A program made the translations under genes and the position numbers. DNA of 64,000 nucleotides from Promethearchaeota archaeon (GTDB lineage: Archaea; Asgardarchaeota; Lokiarchaeia; Sigyniarchaeales; SOKP01): positions 32,001 to 96,000 of the forward strand of contig JALGVJ010000007.1 in assembly GCA_029838195.1 (NCBI GenBank). The letters run 5' to 3'. Below are positions 30,290-41,149 of the stretch, piece after piece; the first letter of the stretch is position 1; every line of letters starts with the position of its first letter. Below the pieces are notes generated by a model. It saw only the letters and a program-made list of their open reading frames with translations. It did not search any database and had not been told where the DNA came from.

Positions 30290-31396
30290 ATGAAAAAAAA
30301 TGTTTGTTGCTGGGATTTAGAAGGCCCCATCAGTGTTTTGGATTTTGCTGCGGAAATCGGAAGAATGTTAGGGAAAAAATCGGAATTAAATCTCAGTAAC
30401 TATGATATGGGGGAATTTTTTTCCATGATCTCTCTCTATGATGATTATTTAATCGAGGAGCAGGGTGTAAAAGAAAAATTAGGGATACCCGAATACCAAC
30501 CTGGTGATACGCTAAGAATAATGGCCCCAATGTATGTTGCCTGTTTCTCTAGCGGGGAATTAGAAAATTTAGCAAGACAAAACTTAGGAATCTTGCCCGG
30601 CTGTAAAGAATTAATGATGGTTTTACATGAAAATTGGGATGTTTACGTGATTTCTACGAGCTATACTCAATTCGCTTATAATGTTGCCAGAGAATTAAAT
30701 ATCCCTGAAGATCACGTGTATTGTACGGAATTAAACGTGGAGGAGTTGCGTGAGGGGCTGGTAAACATTGAGAAAGAAGTGAATGTTTTAGTTAAAGAAA
30801 TCTTTCAAAAATATCTTGATAACAACAAGAATTTAACCTCTATTATAGAAGATCTAAATACTTTCTTTTGGAGCGGAAACGAGTCGGATTATTTAAAAAT
30901 TATGAATAAAGTAAAAGTTAGAGGAGGCAAACGAAAAGAATTAGCAGTAGAAGAAATTTCAGAGAAAACCGGCATTCCAATTTCAAACATGATTGCACTC
31001 GGCGATTCGATTACAGATATTAACATGCTTCAAAGATTAAAAGACGATGGAGGGATTGCAGTTTCATTTAATGGTAATCGCTTTTCGGTAAAACGTGCAA
31101 ATATTGCAATTACTACCCCAAATAGTTTAGGAGCCTTACCCATATTTGAATTTAAAGATAATATTGTTGAATTCTTAAAAACATGGGAAGAGCATCAAGA
31201 CCAATTTAAAAATAATCCTAAAAACATTCCGAAGGACTTGATTTCTGAATTTGCGCGAAAGAAATTTATTAAACATGATTTTGTTCCCATGATTCATGAT
31301 TTACGTGCTAAAAATGAAGAGGAATTAAAAGCTATCATTGAACAACAAGTTGTCATGAGAAAAAGGGTAAGAGGATGGGTGGGATCGCTTGGATAA
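30290..31396 (+). CDS. HAD-superfamily hydrolase, EhaR-like
   Basis: WDLEGP, YDDYL, YQPGDTL, ISTSY, GDSITD, SFNGN motifs. Confidence 0.8.
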   Translation: MKKNVCCWDLEGPISVLDFAAEIGRMLGKKSELNLSNYDMGEFFSMISLYDDYLIEEQGVKEKLGIPEYQPGDTLRIMAPMYVACFSSGELENLARQNLGILPGCKELMMVLHENWDVYVISTSYTQFAYNVARELNIPEDHVYCTELNVEELREGLVNIEKEVNVLVKEIFQKYLDNNKNLTSIIEDLNTFFWSGNESDYLKIMNKVKVRGGKRKELAVEEISEKTGIPISNMIALGDSITDINMLQRLKDDGGIAVSFNGNRFSVKRANIAITTPNSLGALPIFEFKDNIVEFLKTWEEHQDQFKNNPKNIPKDLISEFARKKFIKHDFVPMIHDLRAKNEEELKAIIEQQVVMRKRVRGWVGSLG

Positions 31397-31520
31397 AATA
31401 ATCCCATTATTCATTAGAAATTCTAAAAATAATGGATAAAATAGGTATTATTTTACCGATTGAATCTCAGAAGAAATTGCTTGACGCCTTTCCGTGCTTG
31501 CTCGTGAGAGGCAGATTAAT

Positions 31521-32120
31521 TCAAATTTGACGATTCTTGACTAATTTTTTAAAATTTTTTCTTCCTACATAGAGCTTTAAAATTCGAGAAAAGAGCAAAA
31601 CATCCACGTAGAAAACAATAATTCCATATAAAAGGAGGATATATAAGGTTAAATTAAAGAGAATTAATGAAAAATATAGAAGCCACGTTGAATATAATAA
31701 AAAAAGGATGATGAGAAGATAAGCGATCATTCTTCTTTTTGATTCTTTTAAGTAAGTTCCCTTTGAAAGAAATTCTTGGCAGTTACAACATGTTAACGTT
31801 AACTCGACATCATATTTCTCTTTAAAATATAGTTTTTGAATGATTGTAAACATGCGTTCAATTCGGATGCCACATAAAGCACATTTAAATCTCTTGGATT
31901 CTTTAGATAAAATTTTATCAAGTCTCGCTTTCGAAAAATAACATTCATCATTTTGATAATGACTACACGTCTTACAGGTCAATTTGAGTTCTAAAAATTG
32001 CTCTTCAAAATAGTCTTTATTTGGATCTATGAATTCCAAATAATTGGAATGATTTTGACAGATAACTCGCTTTTTTTCATCAATTTCAAATTTAGGTTCT
32101 ATGAATTTTCTTGGCACCAT
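31521..32120 (-). CDS. Cys-rich protein with two C-terminal TM helices
   Basis: CKTC..C, CALC, CCNC followed by a hydrophobic hairpin. Confidence 0.65.
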   Translation of the reverse strand: MVPRKFIEPKFEIDEKKRVICQNHSNYLEFIDPNKDYFEEQFLELKLTCKTCSHYQNDECYFSKARLDKILSKESKRFKCALCGIRIERMFTIIQKLYFKEKYDVELTLTCCNCQEFLSKGTYLKESKRRMIAYLLIILFLLYSTWLLYFSLILFNLTLYILLLYGIIVFYVDVLLFSRILKLYVGRKNFKKLVKNRQI

Positions 32121-32149
32121 TTTTTTTCATGAAGTTTCTCAAATAAAGC

Positions 32150-32761
32150 TTACCATTCGGAAAAGAATTTTTCTTTTGAATAATCTCTTTTTAAGGGTTT
32201 TCCTGTCAGCATGGTATAATATCTCAACATTGCTGATTGTTCGGCTCCTGTTATATTTTGGAGGGCATCATATAACGTGTTTCCCTTAGCAAATACGCCA
32301 TGCCCTCGAACGACTACAATAGGATAATTTTTTAATATTTTTGGAACTTCTCTGGCAGCATCAGCTGGTCCAGCGGGATTGTCTAATTCGATAATGGGAA
32401 TTTTTCGATACATGTAGATTCCTTCAGCATCTAAGCAAGTGATTTCATCTTCAATAAATGATAAGATCACGCAAAATGGATTATGAGCGTGAATTACTGC
32501 CATGGCATCCGTGTTTAAATAGATCTGGCGATGAACTTCTGTTTCTGTACTGGACAGCATTATACCCGAATCTGCGTTATATAAATCCGTTTCTATGATA
32601 TCATCTGGCTCTAAATATCCTAGCATGGCACCCCGTCTTTTAATCAAGATTTTATTTCCACTCCTCATGGAAATATTTCCGGAATGAGACGTATTATACC
32701 GATGTCGGGTTAAAATTTTACCCGTTATTTTAAACTGTTTAAAAGTTTCTTCATCAATCAT
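32150..32761 (-). CDS. Class II aldolase/adducin family, probable rhamnulose-1-phosphate aldolase role
   Basis: SGNIS, SSTETEVH, HAH, RGHG metal ligands; downstream of rhaB-rhaA on the same strand. Confidence 0.85.
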   Translation of the reverse strand: MIDEETFKQFKITGKILTRHRYNTSHSGNISMRSGNKILIKRRGAMLGYLEPDDIIETDLYNADSGIMLSSTETEVHRQIYLNTDAMAVIHAHNPFCVILSFIEDEITCLDAEGIYMYRKIPIIELDNPAGPADAAREVPKILKNYPIVVVRGHGVFAKGNTLYDALQNITGAEQSAMLRYYTMLTGKPLKRDYSKEKFFSEW

Positions 32762-32776
32762 TTTCTCATTTTCTCT

Positions 32777-34591
32777 TTAATCTGATTCCATTAATCTCTC
32801 TAATTTTAATCGGGTTAAGGTTTCATTAGTAGGGATTCCGTTATCATCCCATCCTCTAACCTTATAATATTCCTCCAGTAATTCTTCAAGAGGAACTACC
32901 TTATTCTTAGAAGGTCCTTCCTTTAAAGGAATTTTTAAAAATCTATCGGGTAGCTTATCATCCTTGCGAGAAAAACCTTCTCTTATATTGAATAGTCGTT
33001 CTAGATTAAAGATTCTTTCTCCGATAATTATTAAATCTGTTATGGATAGGTTTTTATCTAATATCGTGTTCAAGAATCTCACCTGAAATTCAAATCCTAA
33101 CGCATATCCTACAAATTTACACGTAATTAAGGAATCTTCTACCGCACTCTGATTCTGTTTTAATGCTAATAAATCTCCTTTTCCTTTAACGGTAAATCGT
33201 TCAATTTTTTTAGGGACTCCAAGAATCTCTAACGCAATCATGTAGCCTGTTAAATGACAAGCCCCTCGGTTGCTAACTGCATAATTTAAAGCATGTCCAA
33301 ATGCCCCTCGGGGATCGTAAGCCGGTAACTCAAGACCTTTTACTTGTATTGCAGATTCTGGCGAGCCGTATTTAGATGCTAATCTCAATGAGCCTTCTGC
33401 TAACTCATTCCCGATTCCATTTCTTCCCGAAATCATCTCAATGAGATTTACCAGTTCCTTTCCATTCCCAAATTTAAGAAGCGGTTCATTTAATAAGCCC
33501 ATATCATGCAATTCCATGGCACATGCAATGGTAGAACCCGTTGATATGGTATCTAATCCTTGTTCATTACAAGCATAGTTCGCATGCGTAATTTCCTTTA
33601 GATCAAAGGTGCCCGTCAAGGGACCGAGAGACCATAATGACTCAAATTCAGGCCCTTTTCCTTTTAATTCTCCTGTATTCGTTAACCGTCCACATCGAAT
33701 CACGCAATTATAACAGCCTTCTTCTTTCTCCAGAAATCGTTCTCGCAATTCTTCCCCGCTAACTTGATCGATCAATTGAGGGGGAGTATAAGCCTCTTGA
33801 AAATTTCGCACGGGGAACATCCCAAAATGATTAATAACTTTCACTAAAGCAGCGGTTCCAAATAGAGCAAGACCTTGAGAGGTAATGGGCACGACTCTAA
33901 TCTTATCTAAAGCCAACGTGTTTAATTTTTTCAAGCGTTCCTTATCCTTTACCGGAAATTTTTTTTTACCATTTTTCACGACAATAGCTTTAATGTTTTT
34001 AGCACCCATTACCGCTCCTACACCTCCTCGTCCAAAAGCTCGATGTGCTTGATTCATTATCGAAGATATTTTAACCAGATTTTCACCCGCAGGACCAATG
34101 CATAAAATCTGGGAATTTCTACCTTCTAAGCCCTTTATTTTTTCAACGGTTTCCGTTATAGTTAATCCCCATAAGGAGTCCGCCTCTTTTATTTCTACCT
34201 TGTCATGACCATCTATAACAATATACCCTTTTTCATTCGTATTTAATCTGCCGGTCAAAAATAAAACATCATATCCACAGCGCTTAAAAAAAGGACCAAA
34301 ATATCCCCCTGTATTAGAATGAAAAATGGTATTAGTAAGAGGAGATTTAGTTACTAGCGAAAATCTCCCGCTCGTGGGAACCGTACTCCCCGTTAATGGC
34401 CCAACAGAAAAGATGAGAGGATTTGAGGGAGAGAGAGGATCTATTCCCTTTTTAATAGAACGCGTTAATAATTTAACGCCCAATCCCCTTCCTCCTAAAT
34501 AATCCTCCAAAATTTCCTCTTCTAGCTCAATTTCTTTAATTTTATTTTTCGATAATTCTATTTTCAATAGATTATTGTTCATTCCTAACAT
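32777..34591 (-). CDS. aor: Tungsten-dependent aldehyde:ferredoxin oxidoreductase
   Basis: YLGGRGLG, KSPLT, IGPAGEN, GRGGVGAVMGAKNIKA, CYNCVIRC, YDPRG, NRGACH. Confidence 0.95.
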   Translation of the reverse strand: MLGMNNNLLKIELSKNKIKEIELEEEILEDYLGGRGLGVKLLTRSIKKGIDPLSPSNPLIFSVGPLTGSTVPTSGRFSLVTKSPLTNTIFHSNTGGYFGPFFKRCGYDVLFLTGRLNTNEKGYIVIDGHDKVEIKEADSLWGLTITETVEKIKGLEGRNSQILCIGPAGENLVKISSIMNQAHRAFGRGGVGAVMGAKNIKAIVVKNGKKKFPVKDKERLKKLNTLALDKIRVVPITSQGLALFGTAALVKVINHFGMFPVRNFQEAYTPPQLIDQVSGEELRERFLEKEEGCYNCVIRCGRLTNTGELKGKGPEFESLWSLGPLTGTFDLKEITHANYACNEQGLDTISTGSTIACAMELHDMGLLNEPLLKFGNGKELVNLIEMISGRNGIGNELAEGSLRLASKYGSPESAIQVKGLELPAYDPRGAFGHALNYAVSNRGACHLTGYMIALEILGVPKKIERFTVKGKGDLLALKQNQSAVEDSLITCKFVGYALGFEFQVRFLNTILDKNLSITDLIIIGERIFNLERLFNIREGFSRKDDKLPDRFLKIPLKEGPSKNKVVPLEELLEEYYKVRGWDDNGIPTNETLTRLKLERLMESD

Positions 34592-34716
34592 CGTCTATAT
34601 TCCCTTATATCTTCTTATTTCTTCCTTTTTCTTCTTTTTTAATTTAATTAATTTTACTTCTTGCTTATTGCAATTTTTGAGAATTTTAAGTTCAAAGGAA
34701 ATTCATAAGATAGCAA

Positions 34717-35985
34717 TTATCTCCTTTTTAGCAACACGTCTTTTTCATATTTTTTCATGGATTGAATCCACTCGAAATCCAAGGGTACATGCATTTCATT
34801 ACAATAGTAATTCCAAACAGCTCCAATTGGTACTGTTTTTAAATCTTCCAATAGTGCCAAGCGGCGCGTATAATCGCCTTCTTCCTCAATTTCTCGAAGG
34901 TGATCCCAAGGTTTTAATAATGCCATGAGGAGAGCTTTTAAGATAGCCCTTAGACCAATTACATAAGCTGCGATTCTATTAATGGATGCATCAAACCAAT
35001 CCGTACAGACAAAAATCTTGTCTGGAGCATTACATTTTACTATTTCTTCCATGATCTGGATGATTTCATCGTTTAAGATAACTACATGGTCGGAATCCCA
35101 TCGCACCCCCCGACTCAAATGGAATACAATGCCTTCTATAAAAGGAAGAACGGCACTAATTTTATCTGCTATCGATTCTGTGGGATGATAATGTCCGATA
35201 TCGAAGGTGATTAAGGTTTTATTTGTAATGGCGTAACTCAAGTAAAAATCATGAGTTCCGACAACATACGATTCACTTCCGATTCCAAATAATTTTCCCT
35301 CTAATGAATCCCTCATGTATTGCTTGGGATACTTTTCTGCTAAGATCTCATCCAGCGCATCTTTTAACATCATCCTATATTTCATTCTGTCAATGGGAAT
35401 ATCCTTCATTCCATCGGGAATCCAAATATTGTGAATGCAAGCATGATTTAGCTGTTTCCCGATTTTTGCACTAATTTCCCTGCATCTCTTTACGTGATTA
35501 ATCCAAAAAGTCCTGATTTCCTTGTCATTGCTTGTTAATGTAAATCCGCTCTCTGCTTTCGGATGCGAAAACAAGGTACAATTAAAATCAAGATGAATTC
35601 CCATTGTCTTTGCCCAATCAATCCAATTTTGAAAATGGTCAATAGTAATTTGATCCCTATCCACTCTCTTTCCTTTAAAATCACCATAGCTGGCGTGTAA
35701 GCTGATTCCATGTTTTCCTGGAACTAGAGAAAGGACCTTTTCTAAATCCTGTTGTAGTTCAGAAATCGATCGTGCTTTTCCGGGATATCTTCCCGTGACT
35801 TGGATACCCCCTCCTTTTAATTCAGCCTCAGGAGTTTCAAACCCACCCACGTCATCTCCTTGCCAACAATGGATGGATAATGAATAAGATTGCAGTTGCT
35901 TTAAGACCGTGGCCGTATTGATTCCGAATTCTTCAAAAAACTCTTGAGCTTGGTCATAGGCATTATTAATTTTTTCGTCATTCAT
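34717..35985 (-). CDS. rhaA: L-rhamnose isomerase
   Basis: SIHCWQGDDVGGFE, NIWIPDG, KLFGIGSESYVVG, GHYHPTE, SRGVRWDSDHV, FDASINR. Confidence 0.97.
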   Translation of the reverse strand: MNDEKINNAYDQAQEFFEEFGINTATVLKQLQSYSLSIHCWQGDDVGGFETPEAELKGGGIQVTGRYPGKARSISELQQDLEKVLSLVPGKHGISLHASYGDFKGKRVDRDQITIDHFQNWIDWAKTMGIHLDFNCTLFSHPKAESGFTLTSNDKEIRTFWINHVKRCREISAKIGKQLNHACIHNIWIPDGMKDIPIDRMKYRMMLKDALDEILAEKYPKQYMRDSLEGKLFGIGSESYVVGTHDFYLSYAITNKTLITFDIGHYHPTESIADKISAVLPFIEGIVFHLSRGVRWDSDHVVILNDEIIQIMEEIVKCNAPDKIFVCTDWFDASINRIAAYVIGLRAILKALLMALLKPWDHLREIEEEGDYTRRLALLEDLKTVPIGAVWNYYCNEMHVPLDFEWIQSMKKYEKDVLLKRR

Positions 35986-36251
35986 CTTTTAATTGTTTGT
36001 TTTTTTAATTTTCTACTTTGATTCAAAATGTATCATTTATCAATTACACAAAAAAATACCAATAAAGAAGTTAAATTCAAGATTTCCATCCGAGATTATT
36101 ACTTATTGTTTATTTTTTTAAATATCAGCAAATTAATTTTTTATTTAACCACTTTTTGAATATTCCAATAAAATTCTTCTTATCTTCAACTGGCATGATA
36201 ATCATTTAATTTAGAACATGAGAGTTTTTTATACTCATGATCTCATTTTTA

Positions 36252-37772
36252 TCAATATTTCTTCTTAAAATTAATTTTTAAATATTTTTCATATGCTTTT
36301 TCCCAATCTTCCGTGTTATCAGGAAAATATTGCTGTAGGGGAAAAGAATTCCTTACAATTGCTCGCAAGTGTTGTAAGGTTTCCACGGTTCCCGTAGCTA
36401 ACCCTTGTACTAAAATATTACCTATAGTCGTGGCTTCACTGGGTCCAGCAAGGACCGGAAGATTCATGGCATTGGATGTGAATTGACATAAAAGAGCATT
36501 TTTGCTCCCGCCCCCAATTACGTGAAAAATTTTTATTTTATTTCCTGTAATATTTTCTAAAAATTCTAATACTTGCTTGTATCGAAATGCCAAGCTTTCG
36601 AAAATCATGCGGGCAATTTCTCCTATGGTTCCCGGTATTTCTTGAGAAGTTTTTTTACAATAATCTTGGACTGCGTGGATCATGTTAGGAGGGTTTAAAA
36701 AGGATGAATCGTCGGGGTTCAAGAAAAATTTAAATGGAGCTGCGTTCTCTGCTTCTTTCATTATATCATCCCAAGTTATTTTTCCGTGTTTCATTTCCCA
36801 AGCCCGTTTCACTTCTTGAATTAGCCATAACCCCGTGATATTTTTTAAAAAACGAATCGTACCGTCAACGCCTCCCTCGTTAGTAAAATTATATTTCAAT
36901 GCATTTGTATTGATTATCGGGGCATTTAATTCGACCCCTAATAAACTCCACGTGCCTGAACTAATATAAGCCCATTCGCCTCTTTTATATTCCTTCATAT
37001 CAGCGGGTACAGCAGCAACTGCGGAAGCTGTATCATGACCTGCTGTAGCCACGATTTTAATTGAAGGATCTATCCCTAAATCGTTAGAGATTTCTTTTCT
37101 AATGTTACCTAAAACGGTTCCCGGGTTAATTATCTCACAAAACCACTCTTTTTTCAAACCTAATTTCTCTATTAAATTAAAATCCCATGTGCCTTGCCTT
37201 GAATTACATAATTGAGAAGTTGACGCAATTGTATATTCGGATTTTTTAATTCCTGATAATAAAAAGTTAAAATAATCCGGGATCATTAATATGGTACTTG
37301 CAATTTTAAGACGAGGCGAATTGGAATGTACCATGGAAAAAAGATGCACCGAGGTATTTATGGGCATGAATTGAATGCCTGTATGGTCAAAAATTTCTTC
37401 TTTTGGCACGATTTTAAACATTTCCTCCAGCATGCCTTCCGTTCGATTGTCCCGATAATGCTTTACAGGCCCAATGAGCTCATCATTGCTGTCCAATAAA
37501 ACATGGTCCACGCCCCAAGTATCCACGCCAATGCTACTCACTTTTTCTCCATGTTCATTTACAAATATCTTTAACCCCTCTAATACCTGACGATAAATAT
37601 ATAATATATCCCAATACATTGAGTTAAACACTCGAATTCCCTCATTAGGGAACCTATATATTTCTTTTAAAGTGAGTGTCCCCTCATTTAACGTTCCCAT
37701 TATAACCCTGCCTGAACTAGCGCCCAAATCAATTCCCAAATAGTTATCGTCAGATATCTCTATTTTTCTCAT
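36252..37772 (-). CDS. rhaB: Rhamnulokinase (FGGY family)
   Basis: DLGASSGR, DTWGVD, GHDTASA, ISSGTWSL, FTNEGG, KNITGLW, GGGS. Confidence 0.95.
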   Translation of the reverse strand: MRKIEISDDNYLGIDLGASSGRVIMGTLNEGTLTLKEIYRFPNEGIRVFNSMYWDILYIYRQVLEGLKIFVNEHGEKVSSIGVDTWGVDHVLLDSNDELIGPVKHYRDNRTEGMLEEMFKIVPKEEIFDHTGIQFMPINTSVHLFSMVHSNSPRLKIASTILMIPDYFNFLLSGIKKSEYTIASTSQLCNSRQGTWDFNLIEKLGLKKEWFCEIINPGTVLGNIRKEISNDLGIDPSIKIVATAGHDTASAVAAVPADMKEYKRGEWAYISSGTWSLLGVELNAPIINTNALKYNFTNEGGVDGTIRFLKNITGLWLIQEVKRAWEMKHGKITWDDIMKEAENAAPFKFFLNPDDSSFLNPPNMIHAVQDYCKKTSQEIPGTIGEIARMIFESLAFRYKQVLEFLENITGNKIKIFHVIGGGSKNALLCQFTSNAMNLPVLAGPSEATTIGNILVQGLATGTVETLQHLRAIVRNSFPLQQYFPDNTEDWEKAYEKYLKINFKKKY

Positions 37773-38000
37773 TTGATTTTTTTTTCTCCTTAATTTCCCG
37801 TGAAACGAATTAATGAGGACTAATTTATTTTAATTTTTTTTAATTTTCTCGTGCATGTAAATATATTGATACACTCTTATAAAGAATTATCAATTTCATT
37901 TAATATTCAATTCTAAAAATAATAAATTTAAATAAAATCACATTTAAATATAAAAAAACGATATTAAGAAATATTATAACAAAATATAGCATGAAATATC

Positions 38001-39431
38001 ATGTCAGAATTAAAACCCTTACCAGAAGATGGGCAGACGAGCGAAATTAAAGCGTCCAATAAAAAGATTTTTTCGTATAGTTTTGTTTTTTTCGTTTTTA
38101 GCCTCTTCGGATATGGACAATTTTTAGCACTTTATGAGATAAACGTGTTTGGAGCCGCTGGCTTGACTACCTCAGAGGCAGGATTCATGGTTTCTCTGAT
38201 CATGGGTATATTTACCATCTGGAACATGATTAACGATCCTTTTGCTGGTTGGTTAACAGACCGGCCCACCAGATGGGTGAAAAAATGGGGATATCGATTT
38301 CCATGGATTCTAATAGGAATTCTGCCAACGATTTTCTTCTGGTTCCTCATTTGGGTGCCTCCCGATGCAGATGCCTCTAATCCTTGGCCAGTTTTCTTTT
38401 ATGCTCTTATTGTTCTATGTCTGTTCGATTTTTTTTATTCCATCTTTAGCACCCAAGCCTTAGGTTCCTATCCCGTTCATTTTCGCTCAGAATCTGATAG
38501 AAGAAAAGCAGGTGTACTTGTCATGGCACTCGGAGGAATAGCTGTTTTCTTATTTTCAATCATTAACTCATTAACTCTTAACATATACGATAAAAACTCA
38601 TTTAGAAACATGGCAATTGTTTTAATCATCATCCAATTGATTGGAGTTTTATTATTCATTCCGGGTGTACGAGAAACGAAAGAAATCACGGATCTCTTTT
38701 TATGGGGCTATGAGCACACTGAAAAGACTTCCTTTTTCCAAGCATTAAAAATAGCCGTGACCTCAAAAAATTTCATGATCTCAACTTTTGCTTATCTCAT
38801 GATCTCCTGTTCTGCGGCGTTAGTTGGAGCATCCTCAATCTATTGGTACAAGCATGCCATAAATACGCCTTATACTTATTTAACCATAGCCTCTATCATC
38901 CAACTAACTTGTTACATCCTTTTCATGCCGCTCTGGAGCAGGGTGGCTAATAAAATAGGAACATTTAAAACTTATTTCTTGGGATTGGTGTTAATGGGAG
39001 TGAACGGAGTCCTAGCGTTTTTCTTCGTGTATGATTTTACCATGGAACTAATCATGCAGCCTCTGTATGGCGCTGGGAACGCTTGCTTCTATATAATGGT
39101 TCAGCCGATTCTATCCGACGTTTATGACGAGGTTACGGTGAAAACAGGGAAACACCAAGAGGCTTCCTTATTGGGTATTAGAAATTTTTTCTTTCGTTTA
39201 GCAGTTTTTGTCTCAATTTTTATAGTCACAGGAGTGCACGTGCTCACTGCCTATGACATCACTCCCGGCGCAATACAGCCTTCTTCAGCAATATTAGGCG
39301 TGCGCTTACACTCTGCTTTAATTCCGGCGCTTTTTAATTTCTGTGGAGCTATAGTATTTTACCTTTTTTATGACCTCTACGGGGAGAAAAAGAAATTAAT
39401 CCAACAAAAAATGGTTGAAATGAAGCTTTAA
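38001..39431 (+). CDS. MFS GPH-family sugar transporter, divergent from rhaB
   Basis: WNMINDPFAGWLTDR, GYRFPW; ~12 TMs. Confidence 0.9.
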   Translation: MSELKPLPEDGQTSEIKASNKKIFSYSFVFFVFSLFGYGQFLALYEINVFGAAGLTTSEAGFMVSLIMGIFTIWNMINDPFAGWLTDRPTRWVKKWGYRFPWILIGILPTIFFWFLIWVPPDADASNPWPVFFYALIVLCLFDFFYSIFSTQALGSYPVHFRSESDRRKAGVLVMALGGIAVFLFSIINSLTLNIYDKNSFRNMAIVLIIIQLIGVLLFIPGVRETKEITDLFLWGYEHTEKTSFFQALKIAVTSKNFMISTFAYLMISCSAALVGASSIYWYKHAINTPYTYLTIASIIQLTCYILFMPLWSRVANKIGTFKTYFLGLVLMGVNGVLAFFFVYDFTMELIMQPLYGAGNACFYIMVQPILSDVYDEVTVKTGKHQEASLLGIRNFFFRLAVFVSIFIVTGVHVLTAYDITPGAIQPSSAILGVRLHSALIPALFNFCGAIVFYLFYDLYGEKKKLIQQKMVEMKL

Positions 39432-39586
39432 AGGAGGTTAACTAAAAATTTTAATCTTTCTTTTTTTTTTACATGCTTTCTTTTTATCATTAAGGTTCTT
39501 TTCTCAAGAAAATGAAATTTCAATTCAAAAAAAAATAAAAAAACCTCTAAATATCAAATAAATAGGTATTAGCACTCGTTTAACGG

Positions 39587-41149
39587 TTAAGATTGAAATT
39601 GGTCTTTGGGAACTTGCATTAAAGAATTAATCAAATCTGACACGGCTTGCGCTGTTGGACCCAATTTTTCCATATCTATTTTATCTAAGGTATCTTCAGC
39701 TGTAAGCAAGTAATACGGGCTGCGAATCCAATGAATGATCTGCAAATTTTCCGATTGAATAAAAAAATGCCCTGCCTCACCGATTGGGGGTGTTGCAAAG
39801 AAATTATCGGGGATTATAATCATTTGGTCAATGGAATGTTCTTGAATGGCCTTGATAGTATGAGCGATAATGGTTTCATTCTTAGTAAGAAAAACAGCGC
39901 CCATGGCTAAGTTATTAGTAAATTTAAATTCATGAGAAATTGGATCTTCAATGACTTCTTTAGCACAAGCATGTTCTAAATTTACATCTACCAGGACTTT
40001 TTTTAATAGGGAATCTTTATAGGTTCGAGCAAAATTTTCTGCCCCGATTCCCCCATATAGATGTCCAGCTGTAATAATAAATAATAAGGAATAAGGCCGT
40101 TGACTTTTAGGAATCTGGCTCCATGCACGCAGTTGAGCTAATACCATAGCAACGCCAGTTCCATCTTCAGATGCTCCTTGGAACGCTGAATCGTGATGAC
40201 TGGAAATCATAATAAGATCATCAGACATTCCGGGCAAGATTCCCCAAATATTATGAGCCGTGCTTGGTTCTTTATAGCCTTCCAGAATGAGGTGTCCTTC
40301 GCATTGTTCGGATTGTATTAGTTCTCTTAATTTCATGCCATCATATTTTCCAACGTAGACTCCAGGTAAATCTTTCATTGCTCCATCATATGGCCCCCAA
40401 TGCGTATTTATATTCGTGGGATAATCTTTTAAGATTAAAACAAGTCCGGCAGCCCCCCGTTGGAGCGCACGCCAATAGACGGAATCTTTTCTGGGGTTGC
40501 CTCCTAAGGCTTGGGGAGGAAAATTGGTAAGTGCAAATGTCAGTATTAATTCCGTGGTATTATCAATTTTGTTAAATGGATCTGCAACATGATAAGGTTT
40601 TGCTAATTTTAATAATTTTCCCAGAGGTAAGGTGGGAAAAATAATATCCGCTACCACGATTTTGCCTTTTACATCCACATTCTTAAAATCTTTATCCATT
40701 CCAGTACCCACATAGACTAATGGTGCCTTAATACCTTCTTTTCCCGTAAAAGCCATGTTTAATACATAAAAACATGGAATTTCAACGGTTTTTGATGAGG
40801 ATTTAACCGTTAATTTCCAATTAGTAGCCACCCAATTAATGACCTCGAGGGCGTCTTTTTTGACTTGTTCAAGCCCGCATTCCTTAAATACTTGTTCGAT
40901 AAAATCTTCAATTTCATGAGCTTCCTTAGTCCCAATTCTACGATGAGGAACAGAACAGATTTTCTCTAAATCCTTTTGAATGACTTGAGAATCAGGAACG
41001 TGAATGGCGGCTTTTTGAAAAGGTATGTGGGGCAAGAGTTTCTCTGTTTTTTTCCTAATTTTTCTCATGGAGGGAATTAATTTAATTAAATTCAGCAAGA
41101 ATTTTTTTTTCGAAAGTTTAAATTCCGTAGTGGGATAATTTTCGGTCAT
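39587..41149 (-). CDS. M28-family metallopeptidase with PA domain
   Basis: PLVYVGTG..DF..VDVKGKIV (PA domain), SSHHDS, GASEDGTG. Confidence 0.8.
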   Translation of the reverse strand: MTENYPTTEFKLSKKKFLLNLIKLIPSMRKIRKKTEKLLPHIPFQKAAIHVPDSQVIQKDLEKICSVPHRRIGTKEAHEIEDFIEQVFKECGLEQVKKDALEVINWVATNWKLTVKSSSKTVEIPCFYVLNMAFTGKEGIKAPLVYVGTGMDKDFKNVDVKGKIVVADIIFPTLPLGKLLKLAKPYHVADPFNKIDNTTELILTFALTNFPPQALGGNPRKDSVYWRALQRGAAGLVLILKDYPTNINTHWGPYDGAMKDLPGVYVGKYDGMKLRELIQSEQCEGHLILEGYKEPSTAHNIWGILPGMSDDLIMISSHHDSAFQGASEDGTGVAMVLAQLRAWSQIPKSQRPYSLLFIITAGHLYGGIGAENFARTYKDSLLKKVLVDVNLEHACAKEVIEDPISHEFKFTNNLAMGAVFLTKNETIIAHTIKAIQEHSIDQMIIIPDNFFATPPIGEAGHFFIQSENLQIIHWIRSPYYLLTAEDTLDKIDMEKLGPTAQAVSDLINSLMQVPKDQFQS

